Below are positions 61,198 to 64,000 of a stretch of DNA of 64,000 bases, in pieces. Every line of letters starts with the position of its first letter. Within the stretch, counting starts at the first letter, position 1. Both the position numbers and the translations under genes were made by a program. This DNA comes from Polyangiaceae bacterium. GTDB taxonomy: Bacteria > Myxococcota_A > Polyangia > Polyangiales > Polyangiaceae. Location: positions 160,001 through 224,000 of the forward strand of contig JBNKBE010000007.1 of the NCBI GenBank assembly GCA_050287085.1, written 5' to 3'. Under the pieces are notes generated by a model. It saw only the letters and a program-made list of their open reading frames with translations, was not told the origin of the DNA and did no database searches.

Positions 61198-62601
61198 ATG
61201 CGTCTTACCATTTTTGCCCTGACCTCAGCGGTCGTCCTGTCCCAGCTACTGCCAGCATGTTCCGAGGACTCGTCATCCTGTGATGACGAGGCGGACGCTG
61301 GCGACGACGATACGAGCGACGACGACAACGGTGATGAAGACGCCGGCCGGGCTGGTGACGATAGCAGCGACGATGCTGGCATGGCGGGTGGCGATGACGA
61401 CAATGCGGACGCCGGGAGGACGCCGCCCAAGGTCGAAGGCGACGCCGGCGTGGCGGGACCCGTGGAGTGGCGCTGCGACGGTAACGCCGGTCGCTTGGAG
61501 CCAGCCGACGTGCCGCGAGATGAAGCCGCGATCATCGCGCTTGCCCAAGAGCGTACGGGTCTAGGTGGCGCTGGTACGCGGCAAGTCAACCAGAAGGCGC
61601 GTTTCGTGTCCGCCAAAGAGGGCAGCGACGACAATTCTGGGAGCGAGACCAGTCCGTGGAAGACGCTTCAACACGCGGCCGACAGCGTTGAGCCAGGCAC
61701 GACGGTCTGGGTCGCACCGGACGGAAACTACGGACCTGTTGAGATCAGCAACGGAGGGAGCGACGGGGCCTATGTGATCTTTCGTTCTCAGGATCCCGAC
61801 AAGTTCCCGCAAATCTTGGGAAATGAAGACGTGGATGCGGTTGTGCTCATCGCCGCCAGCTACGTCGTATTTGAGGGCTTTGAGGTCCGCAAACATCAGC
61901 GGGCCAGCTTGGACGACGACACCATTGGTATCTCGATCGAATCCGATGACGATCTAGAGTACATCGAAGTGCGAAACAACCTCGTTCACGATATCGGTCC
62001 AGGCGTTATCGATGAGGCTACCTGCTACTACAACGGCCACGGCATCATTGCGCAAAGCGATGGTACATTGATAAGTCATCTCATCATCGACGGCAACGAG
62101 CTTCACGACTTGTACGTAGGCAATAGCGAGGTGCTGGTGGTGAACGGCAACGTGGCTGACTTCTGCGTTACCAACAACTTCGTTCATGATGTGAACAACA
62201 TCGGAATCGATATCATCGGCTACGAAAAGAACGACAATGAGACGACGCAGCGAGGTCTCATCACGGACAACGTGCTGCTGGACGTCTCGAACTACTGGCC
62301 CTACTGCTCTCGCGGCAATTGCACCTATCCCGAGGGGGATGAGTCTTCGGACGGCATCTACGTCGACGGCGGTGCCGAGTTGGAGATCGCCTACAATATC
62401 GTGGGACGCAGTGACCACGGTATCGAGCTACAGTCGGAGAACGGCGAGCTCATTCGCGACGTAGAAGTGCATCACAATTTCGTCTTCAACAGCAACTACA
62501 AGAACTTCACCTTGGGTGACTCCGAGAACAGCGGCGAGTACGACAATCTCTTCGTCAACGACGACGCCCTGGCGAACGACGAGCTCGAACAGTGCAAGTA
62601 G
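61198..62601 (+). CDS. Right-handed beta-helix lipoprotein with an Asp-rich linker
   Basis: LPAC lipobox; GSDDNSGS...PWKTLQHAA...PG.TV.V..G.Y; repeated NNxVHD; DGIYVDGG. Confidence 0.85.
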   Translation: MRLTIFALTSAVVLSQLLPACSEDSSSCDDEADAGDDDTSDDDNGDEDAGRAGDDSSDDAGMAGGDDDNADAGRTPPKVEGDAGVAGPVEWRCDGNAGRLEPADVPRDEAAIIALAQERTGLGGAGTRQVNQKARFVSAKEGSDDNSGSETSPWKTLQHAADSVEPGTTVWVAPDGNYGPVEISNGGSDGAYVIFRSQDPDKFPQILGNEDVDAVVLIAASYVVFEGFEVRKHQRASLDDDTIGISIESDDDLEYIEVRNNLVHDIGPGVIDEATCYYNGHGIIAQSDGTLISHLIIDGNELHDLYVGNSEVLVVNGNVADFCVTNNFVHDVNNIGIDIIGYEKNDNETTQRGLITDNVLLDVSNYWPYCSRGNCTYPEGDESSDGIYVDGGAELEIAYNIVGRSDHGIELQSENGELIRDVEVHHNFVFNSNYKNFTLGDSENSGEYDNLFVNDDALANDELEQCK

Positions 62602-62812
62602 CCGGGCAGTGCCGGTAGCCGGGCAGTGCAAGTAGCCGGGCAGTGCCGGTGCGCCGGCAGCGCAGCGATCGGCCGCGCGAGTAACCCGGCGGCCGTGTAA
62701 ACCCGGTCGTCAAGGCAGCCGGGCCGCGCGAGCAATCCGGCAGCGCAAGTAGTCGGGCCGCGCGAGCAACCCGGCGGCACGAGCAACCCGGTCGTCAAGG
62801 CAGCCGGGCCAC
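62590..62812. repeat. Degenerate 17-bp minisatellite starting across the stop codon and filling the convergent intergenic gap
   Basis: CAGTGC(AA/CG)GTAGCCGGG x3.6 (62590-62650); GGCCGCGCGAG..A.CCGGC at offsets of 51 and 34 bp; exact 26-mer at 62700 and 62785 (85 bp = 5x17). Confidence 0.85.
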
Positions 62813-62826
62813 GCAGACAACCGAGT

Positions 62827-64000
62827 TCAGCGGCGGCGCTTTCGTCTAGCGCTCCGCGTGCGTGCCGACAGCAGTGCGGCGAGCCCCAGCATCCCAGAGA
62901 TGAAAGCGCCTTCAGGCGGAGTATTCACCGGGCCTAAGCTGCAGCCTCCGCCGCCTGCTGAGCTTTGAGACCGGGGGTCGCTTTCATCGGCGTTTGCGCT
63001 CGCGCCCGGATCGCGCGTTGGCATATCCTCATCCGCTGCTGGGTCGGGGGCTTGGTCGACAGGGCGATCATCGGGAGGCTCGGAAGGCCCTCCGCCCTCT
63101 GCTCCGGCTTGGGGCGATTCCGGGCCCGGGTCGTTGGGCGTGGGGTCCGCGCTCGGCGGGGCCTTGTCGTCCGGCGGGGTGTTGTCATCCACCGGCATGG
63201 CCATGGGATAGCTATCGCCGATAAATCGAGATTCGATGCGGCGTGATCGGGACCCATCAAGCCACTTGACGTAGCTGAGCAATGTGACGCCGTCCGGTGC
63301 GGTCGCCAGGACGGGCCAGCCGTAGTCGCCGCTTAGCAGCGGTTCAGGAGACGTGGCGGTTCCGCTTCGGTCGACTTCGAGTGACCACAGCGCTTTGCGC
63401 TCTGCACCAAAAACGACCAGGAAATGATCTTCCTGCCATGCGATCGCGGGCGTGCCCTCCGCGGCGAGATCGGTCAGCAAGAACGGCTCAGAAAAGCCGT
63501 TGTCTTGGTCAAGCATGCGGGCCCAAAGTGCGTCATTTGCATCCTGCCACGCGATGAGGGCCGTGTTCTCGTGGGCTCCGATGCTAGCGGTTAGCATGCC
63601 GTCCATGACAGGCCCGTATTCCGCTAGGACGACGCCGTCGTCGGAGAAGCGCAGGGTATTGCCGGTGATGGCTGCGCCATCCAGCTCTTGGCCGGAATAG
63701 GCATAGAGATATTGCTGGCCCATGGGCGCCGCTGAGCCCCTCGGTCTCGTGATGTCGACCAGCTTGTAGGGCGCGCCCGATGGCTGACCGCTCTCGTCGA
63801 ACGTTTGGCCCCAGACTTGGTCGTCGTTGGCGCCTGCCTGTGTTGCGTCGCTGTAGAGGCTGACGAAGGTTGAGCCATTGCTCATCATGGTGGCGGATGA
63901 GCCGCGCATCTTCCACGCGATAGGGGGGCCCAATGCCTCCGACTGCGGTCGAATGCGGACGAAGGAATTGTCGCCACCGAAGGGAGTGTAAGCGAAGGCC
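62827..64000 (-). CDS. MYXO-CTERM sorted surface protein, 3' part only (5' end outside the window)
   Basis: Ends GGGGCSLG...AFISGMLGLAALL-SARTRSARRKRR (GC motif, TM, basic tail) after a Pro/Asp linker and beta-repeat domain. Confidence 0.85.
   Translation of the reverse strand, partial: AFAYTPFGGDNSFVRIRPQSEALGPPIAWKMRGSSATMMSNGSTFVSLYSDATQAGANDDQVWGQTFDESGQPSGAPYKLVDITRPRGSAAPMGQQYLYAYSGQELDGAAITGNTLRFSDDGVVLAEYGPVMDGMLTASIGAHENTALIAWQDANDALWARMLDQDNGFSEPFLLTDLAAEGTPAIAWQEDHFLVVFGAERKALWSLEVDRSGTATSPEPLLSGDYGWPVLATAPDGVTLLSYVKWLDGSRSRRIESRFIGDSYPMAMPVDDNTPPDDKAPPSADPTPNDPGPESPQAGAEGGGPSEPPDDRPVDQAPDPAADEDMPTRDPGASANADESDPRSQSSAGGGGCSLGPVNTPPEGAFISGMLGLAALLSARTRSARRKRRR

Overview
GC-rich bacterial chromosomal window, most likely from Myxococcota (Polyangia/Sorangiineae-like). 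The evidence is a MYXO-CTERM protein, many lipoproteins with Gly/Ala-rich linkers, Cys-repeat surface proteins and an FHA/His-kinase pair. It holds about 45 CDSs: housekeeping genes (queD, nusB, ribH, ribB-fusion, alr, ettA, a second ABC-F, ttcA, mgsA, ugd, nadE, guaD, ku, arsH), envelope genes (UbiB/ABC1 kinase, TamB, O-antigen ligase-like) and accessory secreted hydrolases next to an ECF sigma/FecR locus. I found no tRNA, rRNA, CRISPR array or mobile element. The most notable signals are outside the ORF track. (1) A candidate sigma54-driven sRNA of ~135 nt at ~23628-23762, with three stem-loops, C-rich anti-Shine-Dalgarno loops, an upstream IHF-like site and an intrinsic terminator; its architecture resembles Myxococcus Pxr. 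(2) A c-di-GMP-I (GEMM) riboswitch at ~30615-30705 upstream of a DUF4382-like lipoprotein. (3) Four tandem duplications that each span a stop codon. (4) A giant lipoprotein with 20 Cys-rich repeats, preceded by a free-standing copy of its N-terminal module. (5) A YyaL-AKR fusion divergent from mgsA. All family assignments come from motif recognition by eye; no database searches were run, and several start codons were re-chosen manually.
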